Below, piece after piece: positions 14,598 to 16,585 of a stretch of DNA of 16,585 nt (the stretch's first letter is position 1; every line of letters starts with the position of its first letter). Source of the DNA: a virus; UHGV virus genome UHGV-0131805; one strand, given 5' to 3'. The notes beneath the pieces are model-generated. The model did no database searches, was not told the origin of the DNA, and saw nothing but the letters and a program-made list of their open reading frames with translations. The position numbers and the translations under genes are program-made.

Positions 14598-16585
14598 TCA
14601 GGCCAGCGGGTCATTTTCTTTTAATTTCGCTTCAAGCAGCTGTAATCCCCGCTGGAAATTACGCTCGTATTCTTCGTCAGGTTCATCATCAATCGCTGGC
14701 TGCTGAACGGTCACCGTATTACCCACAGGGCGGTATATGTTTTCCAGCCATGGCTCCTGCGGCTTGTGCTCCAGCACGTTGACCACCTCATCCTCGGCAT
14801 CACGAATTTTTTCCTCTGCGCGTTTACGCATGCCTTTAAGACGCTGCTGCTGTTTGTAGTATTCCGCGCTGACCGGGAAGGCTTCGCGTTTATTGCCGTC
14901 CCATACCGCCTCGCAAATCACGCTGCCATCCAGGCGACGCACGGTAATTCGTTCGGCATCATGAATGTCATAGCTGATAAGCACCTTACGGCCATGCTCA
15001 TCACGCAGCTCGGGCGCGTAGTAAATATTATTCAGCCAGCGTATTTCGCAGCGTCTTACAGGGCGTTCCACCATCGGCCGGAACATATCCCGCAGCTCAA
15101 CATCGGACAGCCATTCAATTTCCGTGTCCTCTTCTGCCAGGCGTTTTTTTCTGAACTCCGCCGGGCTGTAATGCTTACCGTTCGGCTTCATCGGTAATTC
15201 ATCGTGCGGCCGGTTGTTGTACCACTCAACACCGTCACGAATGGCATCAATCAGTTCAGACCAGGACGGTAAATCACGCATCGCTGACTGCTGCCGGGCG
15301 TTCAGCCGCTTACCCTGTTGCAGGGCAGTGAATGCCGAGCGTAAATCGCGGTTGGTTTTGCGTAACGTCTCGCGATCTGCACCTTTTCCGAAATAGGTGC
15401 GGTATTTACGGGCTATGCGCATCGGTAATGTGCGGTTAAGCCGTTCGATAATGCCTCGCCCCTGCGGATTCCCGGCAATTCCGGTCGGGTGATTAATCCC
15501 CAGGCGCGGCAGGATCCCCACAACCTCCTTATCCAGGATGTCGGCGGTTTCCCCCGAGCCGTTATCCGAGTAATACAGGAACGGTTTGCCGTGATGGCGA
15601 ATACCGTGCTGTATGGCCCCGGCTACGGCGAAAACATTTTCAGCCAGGTCAAGGCTCCAGCCCACCACAAAGCGCGTACCACCGTCGATAACAAAGGTCA
15701 CTTCCGGTGCAAATGGCCGCCCGTGAACCGGGTGCGCACATTTCAGCTTCATGCCGTGACCGTCACCAATCCAGACATAATTCACCGGCATTTTTGACCA
15801 GTCGCGGCGCGTGAATCCCTCAAGCGGGGGGTATTCACTGCCGGTCACCCGGCCTTTTTGTTTCACCACTTCCGGCAGTTTCTTCATTGCGCGGCGAATG
15901 GTGTCATAAGAGGGCATGATATCGAGCATATAAGGCTCATCAGCGTGCCGGTGTTGCCATTCAGCAACAAAATCCTCGTAAGCCTCGGTCATGGGGCGGC
16001 CGTTTGACTGGCGATACTGCACCAGAAAATCGGGTAGCCAGTTAATATCTTCGGCCTTTATTTCCTTGCGTTTGCCTGGCGCCAGTAAAAGCAGGCGTTC
16101 AGTAGCGTTCTGCGCCTTGTTAAAGGCCGCAATCCAGCGTTTCAGCGTGATTTCACTCAACACGCGGCTGTTTCCCTTTTTGGCGTTTGCCGTCTCAACC
16201 ATTGCCACAATGCGCTCGTCCAGCTGCGAACGTGCCAGGTTGTCAACGATAAACCGGATAGCCTTCGCGCAGCTGAAACCGGGTTGTTGTGCGACTTTCA
16301 TCACTTCGCTGACGATCGCGATTCGTGCATCAGCCACCTGACGCTGATTTTCGGTCAGGGCATTGAGGCGTTCGACCATCAGTTGTGGTGATCCGCGATA
16401 TGCCTCCACCGCATCAACCACGGCTGATGAGCGTCTGGCCTTTGTCACCACCGGAGCCGGTGATTCGTCGGCTTTTTGCGTCATCAGTTGCAGGGCGTAG
16501 CGTTCGCGTACTGCCTGCTGAACAGTTAAAGGCAAAGCTCCTATTTCACACTCTAAAACTTTCCCTTTTACCCCTGGTTTTAGCC
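14598..16585 (-). CDS. A: MuA-like DDE transposase, 5'-partial (N-terminus lies beyond the right window edge)
   Basis: DDE triad context VWIGDGHG, LYYSDNGSGE and GRGIIERLNRT. The reading frame is open from 16535 to the window end, and that in-frame extension (GVKGKVLECEIGALP) resembles the Mu A segment GVKGGKAIEYNANSLP that I recall lying roughly 35-50 residues into MuA. Confidence 0.85.
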   Translation of the reverse strand, partial: LKPGVKGKVLECEIGALPLTVQQAVRERYALQLMTQKADESPAPVVTKARRSSAVVDAVEAYRGSPQLMVERLNALTENQRQVADARIAIVSEVMKVAQQPGFSCAKAIRFIVDNLARSQLDERIVAMVETANAKKGNSRVLSEITLKRWIAAFNKAQNATERLLLLAPGKRKEIKAEDINWLPDFLVQYRQSNGRPMTEAYEDFVAEWQHRHADEPYMLDIMPSYDTIRRAMKKLPEVVKQKGRVTGSEYPPLEGFTRRDWSKMPVNYVWIGDGHGMKLKCAHPVHGRPFAPEVTFVIDGGTRFVVGWSLDLAENVFAVAGAIQHGIRHHGKPFLYYSDNGSGETADILDKEVVGILPRLGINHPTGIAGNPQGRGIIERLNRTLPMRIARKYRTYFGKGADRETLRKTNRDLRSAFTALQQGKRLNARQQSAMRDLPSWSELIDAIRDGVEWYNNRPHDELPMKPNGKHYSPAEFRKKRLAEEDTEIEWLSDVELRDMFRPMVERPVRRCEIRWLNNIYYAPELRDEHGRKVLISYDIHDAERITVRRLDGSVICEAVWDGNKREAFPVSAEYYKQQQRLKGMRKRAEEKIRDAEDEVVNVLEHKPQEPWLENIYRPVGNTVTVQQPAIDDEPDEEYERNFQRGLQLLEAKLKENDPLA

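Larger units (their letters stand above)
1..16585 (-). mobile_element. Internal segment of a Mu-like transposable prophage (early/transposition region through start of head module); both element ends lie outside the window
   Basis: Minus-strand order of MuA-like DDE transposase, MuB-like ATPase, Gam, GemA-like, Mor/C-like, SAR endolysin, spanins, terminase small/large, portal and Mu F-like protein matches the phage Mu map as I recall it. Transposase ORF is still open at the right window edge. Confidence 0.8.

Noticed and set aside
59-16341. Numerous plus-strand ORFs of 60-200 aa in the six-frame track (for example 59..292, 2382..2981, 3122..3595, 4745..5338, 5232..5822, 14766..15197, 15991..16341)
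   Set aside because: Each lies antisense within a longer, motif-supported minus-strand phage gene in GC-rich DNA, where long spurious antisense frames are expected. None has a recognisable motif or a convincing RBS. Only 8379..8639 was kept.
1-16585. Search by eye for CRISPR arrays, tRNA or rRNA genes, and Mu end repeats (att sites)
   Set aside because: No regularly spaced direct repeats, no tRNA-like cloverleaf candidates and no rRNA-like segments were noticed. Both element ends appear to lie outside the window, since the transposase is truncated at the right edge and head genes continue past the left edge.

Overview
The window is a segment of a Mu-like transposable prophage, with every supported core gene on the minus strand. 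Reading right to left: a MuA-type DDE transposase (5' end runs off the window), a MuB-type AAA+ transposition ATPase, a variable early region of small genes including a clear Gam homolog, a GemA-like and a Mor/C-like regulator, a lysis cassette (SAR endolysin, overlapped i-/o-spanins, TraR/DksA zinc finger, gp25-like membrane protein), then terminase small and large subunits, portal and Mu F head-morphogenesis protein. Calls rest on motifs read directly from the translations (DDE triad, Walker A/B, E-D-T lysozyme triad, lipobox, C-x2-C-x17-C-x2-C) and on my recollection of phage Mu proteins; no database search was possible. The most interesting region is a visibly AT-rich island of about 1.4 kb (roughly 8350-9780) inside the otherwise GC-rich early operon. 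It carries five small co-directional genes, two of them below the ORF-track cutoff (one a 47-aa protein with four CxxC motifs), plus one lone convergent plus-strand gene. A second candidate is a pair of tandem, diverged paralogous small genes between B and gam. I propose these as candidate accessory loci (anti-defence, superinfection exclusion or toxin/antitoxin-like), but no function can be assigned from sequence alone. No tRNA, rRNA or CRISPR array was seen.
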